Origin: Octopus bimaculoides
Lineage: Eukaryota
NCBI RefSeq assembly: GCF_001194135.2
Contig: NC_068998.1
Coordinates: 47,072,494-47,136,493, forward strand
Reading direction: 5' to 3'
Length of the DNA: 64,000 nucleotides
Below are positions 26,889 through 40,019 of the stretch, in pieces (the first letter of the stretch is position 1; the number at the start of each line of letters is the position of its first letter). The notes beneath the pieces are model-generated. The model was given only the letters and a program-made list of their open reading frames with translations. It did no database searches and was not told the origin of the DNA. The position numbers and the translations under genes are program-made.

Positions 26889-27737
26889 ATTAATTCCATT
26901 ATGCAGAAGACAAAATCGAAGAAATTCTGTAAAAATTCGGAAAAATAATTCGGCCAAAGTTTTAAAAGCAAAGAAATATAAAGACAAAGTTTTTAAAATA
27001 CAGGTCGTCACAAATATATACAGAAAAGGGGTATGTGTGTGCATAGTTTTGCAAATGTGTGTGTGTATATATGTACATACATGTATGTTTACGTTTGTAC
27101 ATTGTGTAATTGTGTGTGTTTACGGTGTATATACAAAGACATGTAATGGTAAAGATCCCACTTCGGTCACGAATGACCATTGTACAAATGTTTGTGGTCG
27201 TATAAACTTTTATCTTTTGCTTGCTTCAGCCATTGAATTACAACCATCCGGGGACACCGCCTTGAAGGGGTTTTAATTAAACGAATCACCCTCCCCCACC
27301 CGACCACAAGTACTTATTCTAAGTGACGGAGATGTAAACAAACCAACACTGGTTGTTAAATGGTGCTGGTGAGGGAACAAACACGATACAAGCAACACAC
27401 ACACATACACACACATGCATGATGGACTTCTTTTCAGTTTCTTTATACCAAAATTCAAACACAAGTCTTTGGTCGGCCTGAGGCTATAGGAGATGATTGC
27501 TCAAGGTGCCTTGCAGTGGGATTGAACCTGAAACCACATGGCAACAAAGAAAGCTTCTTAACCACACAGGTATGTATGTACTTATACATACATACATACA
27601 TACATATATATATATACCACGTATAACTGTGGCTTGTGTATATTTTGCTTAAAAGCACGTGTGTGTGTTAAAGGGAGGGAGAGAGAGGGAGAGAGAGAGG
27701 GAGATAGGGAGAGAGAGAAGTAGAAGAAGCTGCCTAC

Positions 27738-28750
27738 TTGATAACATCCTTTTGGTGTTCCAACTGTTGATGTAGGTCTGACTGTTCGTACAGGTAGTCC
27801 ACCACAGCGTTCTTCACTTGTTCCTTGTTCCGCGTAGGGGCCGCGGCCCTTTCACAAACCCTTGCATCTCCCCGTTCCCGTCTTCCGTCCCACGGCGGGG
27901 AGGTCACCACCCCGTCACCCACCCCAACATTTCCCCCCTCTGCTTGTTCCACTTCGTCAACCTCACAACAATCGGCATCATAAANNNNNNNNNNNNNNNN
28001 NNNNNNNNNNNNNNNNNNNNNNNNNNNNNNNNNNNNNNNNNNNNNNNNNNNNNNNNNNNNNNNNNNNNNNNNNNNNNNNNNNNNNNNNNNNNNNNNNNNN
28101 NNNNNNNNNNNNNNNNNNNNNNNNNNNNNNNNNNNNNNNNNNNNNNNNNNNNNNNNNNNNNNNNNNNNNNNNNNNNNNNNNNNNNNNNNNNNNNNNNNNN
28201 NNNNNNNNNNNNNNNNNNNNNNNNNNNNNNNNNNNNNNNNNNNNNNNNNNNNNNNNNNNNNNNNNNNNNNNNNNNNNNNNNNNNNNNNNNNNNNNNNNTG
28301 GTGGCTCTGTTCATGGTTGTAGTTGGTGGTGGTTGTGGTGTAGTTTGCAATGTCAATGGTGGTATTAGCGGTGGTGCTAGTGGTGGTGGTGGTGGTGGTG
28401 GTGGTGTGGTGGCGATCGTTATAGTAAGGGTTGTAATTGTTGTTTGTGCCGTCTGAAACTACAGTGGTAGTGTTGGTGGCAGTAGTAGCAGCAATAGTGT
28501 TACAGTCGTCATCATCATCATCATCATCATCATCATCACCATCAACGAGACCCACCCCGCTATCGCCAACACTACAACTGTCTACATCTTGAAGCTTCAC
28601 TTGGTCCTGTTGTTGTTCCTGTTTTTGTTGTTGTAAACAATCAGTAATAAATACTGCAGTATTGGTGGTAGTCGTAGTATCACCAACAGTAGCAGTAGTA
28701 GTGGTGTTGGTGGTGGTATTATGTGCAAGAGACAGTGGCGGTGGTGTCAT
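27738..28750 (-). CDS. Candidate alternative (possibly first) coding exon: MTPPPLSLAH...EQVKNAVVDYLYEQSDLHQQLEHQKDVI; spans N-gap 27985-28298
   Basis: Open frame from ATG 28750 to AA|gtaggc donor (phase 2, compatible with exon 2753). The 3' part is non-repetitive, GC/CpG-rich and coiled-coil-like. Frame across the gap is unverified. Confidence 0.5.
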
Positions 28751-28777
28751 TATTATATAAAACAAAACGTCATTGAC

Positions 28778-28816
<39 letters not shown>

Positions 28817-30649
28817 TTCTAGCTATCCATTACTCAATTTGTATATTTTCGTGTATCAATTTCCCTCTCGTCCATCAAATCAATCACTCTGTACACCAAT
28901 TGGTTCGTCTTATCGATCTCTTCCTTTGACCATCATTGCTTTATATCCATTGATGTCTTCGACTGTCTCTCACTCTCTAAANNNNNNNNNNNNNNNNNNN
29001 NNNNNNNNNNNNNNNNNNNNNNNNNNNNNNNNNNNNNNNNNNNNNNNNNNNNNNNNNNNNNNNNNNNNNNNNNNNNNNNNNNNNNNNNNNNNNNNNNNNN
29101 NNNNNNNNNNNNNNNNNNNNNNNNNNNNNNNNNNNNNNNNNNNNNNNNNNNNNNNNNNNNNNNNNNNNNNNNNNNNNNNNNNNNNNNNNNNNNNNNNNNN
29201 NNNNNNNNNNNNNNNNNNNNNNNNNNNNNNNNNNNNNNNNNNNNNNNNNNNNNNNNNNNNNNNNNNNNNNNNNNNNNNNNNNNNNNNNNNNNNNNNNNNN
29301 NNNNNNNNNNNNNNNNNNNNNNNNNNNNNNNNNNNNNNNNNNNNNNNNNNNNNNNNNNNNNNNNNNNNNNNNNNNNNNNNNNNNNNNNNNNNNNNNNNNN
29401 NNNNNNNNNNNNNNNNNNNNNNNNNNNNNNNNNNNNNNNNNNNNNNNNNNNNNNNNNNNNNNNNNNNNNNNNNNNNNNNNNNNNNNNNNNNNNNNNNNNN
29501 NNNNNNNNNNNNNNNNNNNNNNNNNNNNNNNNNNNNNNNNNNNNNNNNNNNNNNNNNNNNNNNNNNNNNNNNNNNNNNNNNNNNNNNNNNNNNNNNNNNN
29601 NNNNNNNNNNNNNNNNNNNNNNNNNNNNNNNNNNNNNNNNNNNNNNNNNNNNNNNNNNNAATGGTGGTAGTGGTGGCGGAGGAAGTGGCAGTAGTGGTAG
29701 TGATGGTAGTGGTGGGAGTAGCAGAAGTGTCAGCCTAACAGATTTTTCTTTACTAAAACGTATGCGAGTGATTGTGTATCTATGTGTGTATGTGTCAGTG
29801 TGTTTGTGTGTGTGTGTGTGTGAGGGGAGTCCAGCTACACTCTTTGCACTCACTCTGAACAACCACCACCAACAACAACAACAGGCATATTTCTAAGTGC
29901 TCTCTCCCCCTCGCAAACACACACACACAGACACCAAAAGACATACATATAGATATACACGCTGACATAGACATAGATAAATACACAACACACAAGGACA
30001 CATGCAGACACGCACACACACACACACACGCGCGCAAGCACACAAAATCACGTACCCATACACACACACAAATAACTACAAATAAATGGTTTCTTTCTGC
30101 ATACTTTAACCCTGGGGCATTCCAGCTATTTGATCCCTTGAACTCCCCATTCATAAAATTATAGTGTAAAATAAGCTGAGTACACCACAGGTATCTGTAC
30201 CCTTAATTAGTAACTCTTAGGTAGAATCACAGTGGCAGAGTGTAACAATGCAGGGGCCAGTCCATCTAAAGAATTTACCTAAAGTAAAACCCTTAAGCTC
30301 TGCAGGGTAAGATTGAACTTGGGACCTTTTAATAATGATCAATATTATCATATGTTCCACATTTCCTCCCAGCAAAAGTTGGATGGGTCATCTTGTTCCA
30401 GGCAAGTTCTTATTCCGGGTTACAAACCTCAAAGATAAACTCGGAGGCTTCACACCTTCCTTCTGTATCCCATTTTTGGCATGCTTACTAGGGGATGGGT
30501 GGCACAACTTATCGAGAACTTCACCGTGGTCCATATATTTAGGGTCCTCCCAGGAGAGGATTTAGTTAATTAGACTGAACCCTACCTTCACCACCACTAA
30601 AATGAATACAGTAACGGACTAAATCCCACATTTTGTTAATTCTGAAACT

Positions 30650-30700
<51 letters not shown>

Positions 30701-30721
30701 ATAATAATAATAATAATAATA

Positions 30722-31290
30722 ATCTTTTCTACTCTAGGCACAAGGCCCGAAATTTTTGGGGAGGGGGCCAGTTGATTAGATCGACCTCAGTACGCAGCTG
30801 GTACTTAATTTATTGACCTCGAAAGGATAAAAGGCAAAGTTGACCTCAGTGGAATTTGAACTCAGAACGTAAAGACAGACGAAATACCGCTAAGTATTTA
30901 ATCCTTTCTATTAAAGGCACAAGGCCTGAAATTTTAGGGGAAGGGACTAGTTGATTACATTGACCCCAGAGTATATCTGGTACTTAATTTATCGACTTTG
31001 AAAGGATGAAAGGCAAAATCGACCTTGGTGGAATTTGAACTCAGTATGTAAGGACGAAATGCCACAAAGCATTTTGTCTGGTGTGTTAATGATTCTACCA
31101 GCTTACCAACCCTTTCTATTATAAATTTAGGGGGAGGGAACCAGTCGATTACATCAACCCCGGTGTTTCACTGGTACTTAATTTATCAACCCCGAAAGGA
31201 TGAAAGGCAAAGTCGACTTCGGTGGAATTTGAACTCAGGATGTAGTGACAGACAAAATGCTGCTAAGCTTCTTGCCCAGCATGTTAATGA
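30722..31290 (-). mobile_element. Cluster of three tandem family C SINE copies
   Basis: Three consecutive gaaaggatgaaaggcaaagtcgacc...gaatttgaactcag units in the same orientation. Confidence 0.8.
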
Positions 31291-31561
31291 GTCTGCCATC
31301 TTCATATTATTATTATTATTATTATTATTAATATCAATAAGTAATAATAATAATGGTTTCTAATTTAAGTACAGGGTGAGCAGTTTTGAGGGGAGATAGA
31401 GAAGTCGATAGCACTGACCCCAGTATTTGACTGGTACTTTGTTTTATCAGTCCTAAAGTAATAAAAAACAAATATGACTTCAGCAGGATCTGAACTCGGA
31501 ATGTAAAGAGCTTGAACAAATGATGTGATGCAATTTGTCCAAAGACTAGATAATTATAATT

Positions 31562-31914
31562 ATTAGTGACAGAAGCAGTATTTATATCAAAAAAGTAATA
31601 TTTATCCCCACTTAAAAGTGATGATTAGGCACTGAGCTTCTAAATATGTCACTGCTATTTTCAGCAGTCAAGGATCTACCATTGACAAGGGCAGAGAAGG
31701 CTGAAATAACATGATTTGGTAGTCTTGGTGGTGATGGAGGATGATTTTTCTCCTGCTTGCAATGTAAACAAGAGTGTTTATATGCACCATAAAGCCCATA
31801 TGAGAAGTTCTCTCACGCGAACTATCACAGTATTCCATGTTCTAACAGGACATCCACTTTAAGTGGGGATAAATAACTTTGTTTGGTATTAATACTGCCT
31901 CTGTTATTACTAAT
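31562..31914. mobile_element. MITE with ~60-bp imperfect TIRs
   Basis: attagtgacagaagcagtatt...tatccccacttaaaagtg versus cactttaagtggggataaata...aatactgcctctgttattactaat; second copy at about 31990-32640. Confidence 0.75.
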
Positions 31915-32187
31915 CACTTTCTAATAAGTCTACTGGTTGTTCCTAACACCAGTGCCTGGTTAGATACCGCGATTCTATATATATATCACTAACAGGGATA
32001 TCACTGCTATTTCCAGTGGTTGGGCATCTACCATTGACAAGGTCAGGGAAGGCCAAGATAACGTGAACTGGAAGTCTCAGCAGAGGCAATGGTGGGTCAT
32101 TTTTCTCCTGCTAGCGATGTAAGCAAGAGTGCTTCTATGCACCAAAAAAAAAAACCCAGTATAAGAGGTTCATTCATGGTAACTATC

Positions 32188-32589
32188 TCTTTTACTCTTT
32201 TACTTGTTTCAGTCATTTGACTGTGGCCATGCTGGAGCACTGCTTTTAGTCGAGCAAATCGACCCCAGGACTTATTCTTTGGAAGCCTAGTACTTATTCT
32301 ATCGGTCTCTTTTTGCTGAACCGCTAAGTTATGGGGACGTAAACACAGCAGCATCGGTTGTCAAGCAATGTTGGGGGAGGGACAAACACAGACACACAAA
32401 CACACACACACATATATATATACACATATACGACGGGCTTCTTTCAGTTTCCATCTACCAAATCCACTCACAAGGCTTTGGTCGGCCCGAGGCTATAGTA
32501 GAAGGCACTTGCCCAAGGTGTCACGCAGTGGGACTGAACCCGGAACCATGTGGTCGGTAAGCAAGCTACTTACCACACAGCCACTCCTG
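32188..32589 (-). mobile_element. Full-length SINE, family A, inserted into a MITE copy
   Basis: Reverse-complement match to 62937-63343. Confidence 0.88.
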
Positions 32590-33621
32590 CACCTATCACA
32601 GTATTTTGTGTTCTAACACAACATTTACATTTAAATTGGGGATACTTAGGGAATCATTACACATTAGATAATGAAGTCCGAGAGGTACAACTGGAAATTG
32701 GAAATTGACCTCAGTCTACCTTAGTGGTCAACTGGTGAGTGGAGAAGAACAATAGACGACCCCCCCCCCCCACTCATCAGGTTTCCACTATCTAAGAAGT
32801 GGACACATGTTTGTTTCCGGGACTAATGCTGGGTCACTCAAAAAGGGTCGCTTTAATACTTCAAACCCTAAAACGTATATCTCACACCTAATTTTTATGA
32901 GTTATCTTGAGATCGGCCCTTAGACTAGGGTGGTGGTGGTGGTGGTGGGGTGGTAATAGTGCTGATGGTAATAAGTGGCTGGGATTATACGATCACAGCA
33001 GTATATGACTGGTACCATTTGGCTTTGGCTCCACCTACCATGTCCATATATGGCAGTGAAACCAAGACAGTTACTGACTGCACATCCTGAGGGCAAGTGT
33101 GAGTGTGATAGAGAGAATTGGAATGTAATAGGGGGGTGTGCCAAAAAAGAGAGTTGGTGGGAGGATTCCAGTCACCCCCATCCCACTCCTTCACACCACT
33201 ATTTACATCAGATTTACTTTCTTATATATATTAAAAAAATGCAGCAATGGAATGAAAGAAGAGAGTGGGGTGGGGTGAGAGTGGAAATAAGTTATTCTTG
33301 AGAAAATAATTAAATGTAAAAAACAAAATAACCCCGAGCTAAACAAAGTGAATTTTGTCTTCACCTCACCTGACCTATTTTTCTAAACTGCAGCAAGATC
33401 TCTGACTACTGCACAGGTGAATGTTGCGTTCTGCTATTCACACACGTATTTAGAATGTCTATTAAGGAAAGAACTACAGAGAAATACACTTCCGAGACAC
33501 ATCCCGACACAAATATGTACACAGCTTGACATACATATACACACACACACACACACATGCCCTGATGTACACACAAATATACACACCACATAAACAGCCT
33601 GATATACAGAAATGCACACAA

Positions 33622-33624
<3 letters not shown>

Positions 33625-33714
<90 letters not shown>

Positions 33715-33720
33715 TACATA
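33625..33720. repeat. Long (TA)n microsatellite, representative of many TA/CA/AAT/TAG/GAT tracts
   Basis: Direct reading; most N-gaps are bordered by such tracts. Confidence 0.95.
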
Positions 33721-33905
33721 CATACACACACACAGAGCCTGAGACACAAATACACACAACCATATATATATATATATATATATACACACAAACACATGAA
33801 CAAACATACTCACAGTGCAGCACAATGAGAAACACAAAGTGATATACAAGACGTATATCATTTAATCAATGTCCTATGAACAAGGACATTAGATGAATAA
33901 TAGAA

Positions 33906-33945
<40 letters not shown>

Positions 33946-35069
33946 ATACTCAAAAATTTCCGTCCTCCCTCCCCTCCATGTATACACTCACACATACCAC
34001 TCTTTTGTTCAGTTTCATAAGTCTCTTTTTTTTTTCTTTTTTGGCCATGCTAGCATGGATTAGTCAAGACTGATTGAAATGGATTTCAATGGCTGGATGC
34101 ACTTCCTGAAGCCAACCCTTACCTGTTTTATAAATAAGATTCTGATGGTTTCATTCCCCTGGTTCCCCTTACACATTAAATGATAAAATTAATGAGCAAT
34201 TTGCTTACAGGAGATTGTAAACGAACAACTTTCAGTCAAAAGTTCTGAGAAAATGTGGAACGCACTCACACACACACACACTAATTAAAAAGCTAATTAA
34301 ATAGAAAATTAGCTGATATTTCAGGTCAATGAATGAAAGATATCAAGGTATTTTGCTAAAGGACTAAACAAAAACGTAAACAAAATAAATAGACGAATAA
34401 TCAAAATACATAGATAAAAAAAAATAAACACCATAAACTGTAGAGGTAAAGAACAAACTAAAAAAAAGAAGAAGCAAAACAAATAAATTCTTAGAAAGAG
34501 ACGAGGGCAGAAGAAAAGTGTGGAGGAAGATTGGGGTGACATACGAAGGAGAATATGTAAGAAGGAGGGAGGAGAGTAGGAGAGGTCAAGGTAAGACAGA
34601 CAATAATCAGGGTGGGGGCATGAAAGTGTGTGTCTGTGGGGAGACTGATAATGTTTATTTGGGTTCAAGAGAAAGTTCCAGGTTCTAAGGAAAATAATGT
34701 GGTGGTGGTCATGGTGGGTGTTCAATGATAAATCAGGTGTGCACAATCAAGGCTAATATTCTACAGATAGTGATATACACATGGTTTTAGGTTACCTTAA
34801 CATCTGGCTGAACACCTGTACATATGTAATATAAATATTCGTGTGTGTGTGTGTGTGTGTGTTTTTCTTTTATTCTTTCACTTGTTTCAGTCATTTTGAC
34901 TGCGGCCATACTGGAGCACCACCTTGAAGTGTTTTAATTGAACAAATCGATCCTATGACTTATTCTTTTTTAAGCCTGGTACTTAAATTGTAGGACATAA
35001 ACACACCAACACCACATGTCAAGACAAAAACACACACATACACATATATATACATACACACACACACAT

Positions 35070-35113
<44 letters not shown>

Positions 35114-35515
35114 GACGGACTTGTGGGGGGGGAAGCACATGACTTAGTGGTTAGGGTGTTGCACTGACAATTTTGCAATCATGGTTTCAATTCCCAGACC
35201 AGGTGGTGAATTGTGTTCTTGACCAAAGACTTCGTTTCCTGTTGCTCCAGTTTATTACTCAGATACAAAAGGGGGAAGGCTGCAATGGACCGGTGATCCT
35301 TCCAGGAGGAATGTTGTCCTGACTGTCTAACCAGCTACAACAATGCAAGGAAGTGCATTGTGACCAGCGGTGTGTAACAACATCCAATAGTCTGGCCAAT
35401 ACAGTGATCTAGTGATATATAAATGTGTGTGAGTGTATATATATATATATATATATGTATGTGTCTATGTATATAGATATGTGTATATGTGTGTGTGAGT
35501 GCATGTCTGTATGTG

Positions 35516-35550
<35 letters not shown>

Positions 35551-35741
35551 CTTGAGAGAAAAGCTGAACATTAGAAGCATCAGTTGTGGCGTGCAAGAGA
35601 GACGATTGCGCTGGTATGGACATGTGGTGAGAATGGATGAGGATAGCTGCGTGAAAAAGTGCCACACCCTAACAGTTGAGGGAACCCGTGGAAGAGGTAG
35701 GCCCAGGAAGACCTGGGCTGAGGTGGTGAGGCAAGACCTTC
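35551..35741 (+). mobile_element. LINE (RTE-type) ORF C-terminal fragment, running into an assembly gap
   Basis: LREKLNIRSI...RRLRWYGHVVRM...VEGTRGRGRPRKTWAEVVRQDL matches the post-RT RLRWxGHVxRM/RGRP motif of RTE-clade LINEs. Confidence 0.88.
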
Positions 35742-36941
35742 NNNNNNNNNNNNNNNNNNNNNNNNNNNNNNNNNNNNNNNNNNNNNNNNNNNNNNNNNNN
35801 NNNNNNNNNNNNNNNNNNNNNNNNNNNNNNNNNNNNNNNNNNNNNNNNNNNNNNNNNNNNNNNNNNNNNNNNNNNNNNNNNNNNNNNNNNNNNNNNNNNN
35901 NNNNNNNNNNNNNNNNNNNNNNNNNNNNNNNNNNNNNNNNNNNNNNNNNNNNNNNNNNNNNNNNNNNNNNNNNNNNNNNNNNNNNNNNNNNNNNNNNNNN
36001 NNNNNNNNNNNNNNNNNNNNNNNNNNNNNNNNNNNNNNNNNNNNNNNNNNNNNNNNNNNNNNNNNNNNNNNNNNNNNNNNNNNNNNNNNNNNNNNNNNNN
36101 NNNNNNNNNNNNNNNNNNNNNNNNNNNNNNNNNNNNNNNNNNNNNNNNNNNNNNNNNNNNNNNNNNNNNNNNNNNNNNNNNNNNNNNNNNNNNNNNNNNN
36201 NNNNNNNNNNNNNNNNNNNNNNNNNNNNNNNNNNNNNNNNNNNNNNNNNNNNNNNNNNNNNNNNNNNACATACAGATATGTATTTCAAAAATTTAACAAA
36301 AACATAACAAATGGAAAATTCACAGCTAATTCCTCATCAGTAAACATCTAAAAGATCCTTACAATTTCGCACCTTTAACATTGATATTGTTCACTTTTGG
36401 TGGCGCCAGTGGCAAAAAGCCACTAGGAATAACTAACAGATGTCCAGGACAATGACAAAAACAAACACAACAAAATAAGATAATTATAATAATTATATAT
36501 ACACAACACCAAAAAAAAAAAATGAGGCTGTACAACCCCAGTAGTATTGTTTTTAAGTATTATTTTGCAGCCTATAAGCATGTTGAAAGAGGACTCAATG
36601 CCAGGTAAAGAGTAATTATTTGACAGTTTGGCTGTGTTTCCAGTTTACAACACTTGTTAAACTCTGAGCAACAGGGGGCTTGCTGTGAATAGGGAGTTGT
36701 AAATGGCATACAAACATACAGTCACACACACACACACACACACACGGATATACAAACATTAAGACATTATACAACAGATCACCAGATATAAACACATTGA
36801 TCATAATAATAAAAACAACAACAATAATAACAAATAACAATAATAATAATAATAATAATCATAATAATAATGCTTCTTATTTCCATCTCAGCATACAGAT
36901 GCAATGCTGCATGCAATATTGAGAGGAATATTACAACATGC

Positions 36942-36975
<34 letters not shown>

Positions 36976-37599
36976 TAGATATTATATATACATGCACACA
37001 TATATATGTATACACACATATATGCTGTAGAATACGGAAGGAGCAGAGGTGGGAAAGTAGTAGTAGTAGTAGTGGTAGTAGTGTGGTTATTTTGGCCATG
37101 CAAAAATAGCAGCAGAAAAAGCAGAGTTTCACCCCACCGTAACCTTTTGCCGTGGAGCGGGGTGGTGGTGCAGGATAATCCCAACGGTCAACATCATCGA
37201 GCCACACCCTACCATACTCGACCTTCTGTCAGAGATTGGGGGCCATGGGTACATCTTCCGGTAAACAATGAGGACCTCGTCCCTCATTAAACAGTCTTTA
37301 CACACACACACACACATACATACACACACACACACACAGAGTGAAGACCCATGGCTTAGTGGTTAGGATGGATATTCAGCTCACAATCATAACATCGTGA
37401 GTTCAATTCCCAGAGATTCGTTATGTTCTTGAGCAAGACACTTTATTTCACATTGGTCCAGTCCACTCAGCTGACAAAAATGAATTGTACCCATGATTCA
37501 TGCAGATCTTTTTAGTGTATTTACTTATTAAATTTCTCTATATGTGATTGTGTACTTTCATTGATGAATTCAATAATTGTGGATTTTTTCTCTAAATTA

Positions 37600-38250
37600 T
37601 ATATCTCTTTGAAACGCTTAGTTTTAGAATGGTGGCAGCTGATGAAGGAAATGTTCTCTATGTGGCCTGTGTGTTTTCTGTACTCTGTTTATCATTTTGT
37701 CCACGTTTTTTTGCAACGTCCTGTACCCAGATATGCATCTATAAATACATGTAGATGTAGGTATGTACATACATGTACGTATATATGCATTCACTCATAT
37801 ATTATTTGTATTATATATATATATCCAAATTTAGTAAATTTGGATTTTTATCTGCATACACAACAACCCCAGTTGCTAACTGTCAACTATAAAATACCTT
37901 GTTTTTTTAGCTTATCAAACTTCAATATGGAAAAAATTTATAACCTTCTAAGTCAATAAATGACTATTGTTCCTGAAAGTTGCTTTTTTTATACCTTCTA
38001 TAGGCTGCTCAAAGCTTACTAACTTTATGTAAATATATATTAGAAGGTTTGGAGGTGATGTACAGGTATTATATATTAGAAAAAATAATAAGGTACTCAG
38101 ATATCTGGATGGTTGTACATTTTTATTAATATGTCATATGTTTTTTATAAATCATATAGTAGCGCTTGCATCTACTCTAATAGATTCTTCAGATTTCAAA
38201 TCTGTACAGCCATCCAGATCTCTGAGTACCTTATCATTTTTTCTAATACA
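37600..38250 (+). repeat. Dispersed repeat (gcagctgatgaaggaaat...cccagatatgcatc), class undetermined, possibly Penelope-like
   Basis: Homologous to 53685-54010 (+) and 22990-23170 (-). Confidence 0.7.
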
Positions 38251-40019
38251 CACACACATGTAACACACACAAACAACCTTGACAACATCTGAAAGAAGGC
38301 CACCCAGCAGATGGATAAAGGTTCATTCACCTACTGAATCTGTATCCATAGCAACTGACTCACAGCCATCATGTATCTGCTCCCTATATCTTCTACTGCT
38401 ACTACAAAAGCTCCTGTTCATTTCAATTACCAAACTAAACACCATCCTCACCAAGGGCACCAGCCATCTTTACCAAAACCTCCACAGAACAATTCCTCTG
38501 CCCAATCCTTCTTCACTAGCACTGCATCCCACTGAAATTCCCTGCCACCCCACACCTTACACACCTTTCTTAGATTCACTCCACTCTTACCTGCCTGGGA
38601 AGGGCACTGGCCTCCCTACTGGTGCTATATAATATAAAACAGGTAGTAGTAGTAGTATAGTAGTAGTTAGTAGTAATGGTAGTGGTTAATAGTAATAGTA
38701 GTGGTAATAGTAATACTGTTAGTCATGACAGCATAAAAAGTAGTAATAGTAGTAGTAGTAGTAGTAGTATTTGTGGTATAAGAAGGAAAGGAGGAATTAG
38801 GAGAGATTCTGGAAGCTTTGGGTGTGAAAATGAAAAGAAAGAAAGAAAGAAAGAAATCAGTAAGAACGGATCTTGATCTTGTTGTTGTGGTGGTGGTAGT
38901 GGTGGTCCTCGTCGATGGGTGGAGGAAGAATGTAGAAATGCTGGGTAGAGTAGGGGTGGAGGAAGGAAATGAATTCTTAAAAAACGTCCAAGTTATTCAG
39001 AGATAATTGAGAAACACACCCAACCCAGATCATCATTGTTATTATTATTATTAAAGATTATAAATTAATTGCTAAGGATTTTCACTCTGAAGCTATATCA
39101 GAGAGAAAAACTGCCAGCAGAAGAGACTTTAATATCATGAGAGGCCACAGTTCCTGTACAACAGACGTGTGATTAGCATCTCGCAAGGAAACAATCACAA
39201 AACAGATTCTTCAAGCCGAGCCAACCGGCTGGAGACCTAGGGATAAACCAAGAATGAGATGGTTGGATAATATCCATTGTCTTATCTAAGGCGGCGACCT
39301 GGCAGAAATGTTAGCACGCCGGGCGAAATGCTTAGTGGCATTTTGTCCGTCTTTATGTTCTGAGTTCAAATTCCACTGAGGTCGACTTTGCCTTTCCTTT
39401 TTTCGGGGTCGATAAATTAAGAACCAGTTGCATACTGAGGTCGATCTAATCGACTGGTCCCCTTCCCCCAAAATTTCAGGCCTTGTGATTAGAGTAGAAA
39501 AGAGTATCCATTGTCTCATTTGATCACGTTTGGGAATCCATTTGGGAAGTCTAATGACAGTTGCCTTTGATACAACCCTGTGGAGGAGGTGCTAAGGACT
39601 CAACCCTCAAAACCCTCCCAGGAATGGCAGATGAACATGGGTGAAAGGCTGAGTGGCATTTCATCTGTCTTCGTGTACTGAGTTCAAATTCTGCTGAGGT
39701 TGACTTTGCCCTTCATCCTTCCAGGGTTGATAAAGTAAGTACCAGTTTCATACTAGGGTTGATGTAATCGACTAGCCCCTCTCCCCACAAATTTCAAGCC
39801 TTGTGCTTTTAGTAAAAAAGATTATTACTATGATAAGCACCAGTTTCACACTGGGGTTAATGTAATTGACGTAATCCCTTCCCCCAAATTTCAGGCCTTG
39901 TGCCTATAGTAGAAAGGATTATTATTATTATTATTATTATTAGTAGTAGTAGTAGTAGTAGTACTTTTATAAGAAGCCATCAGTAGGGACACTAGTACAC
40001 TGAAATGTAGTAGTCAGTG

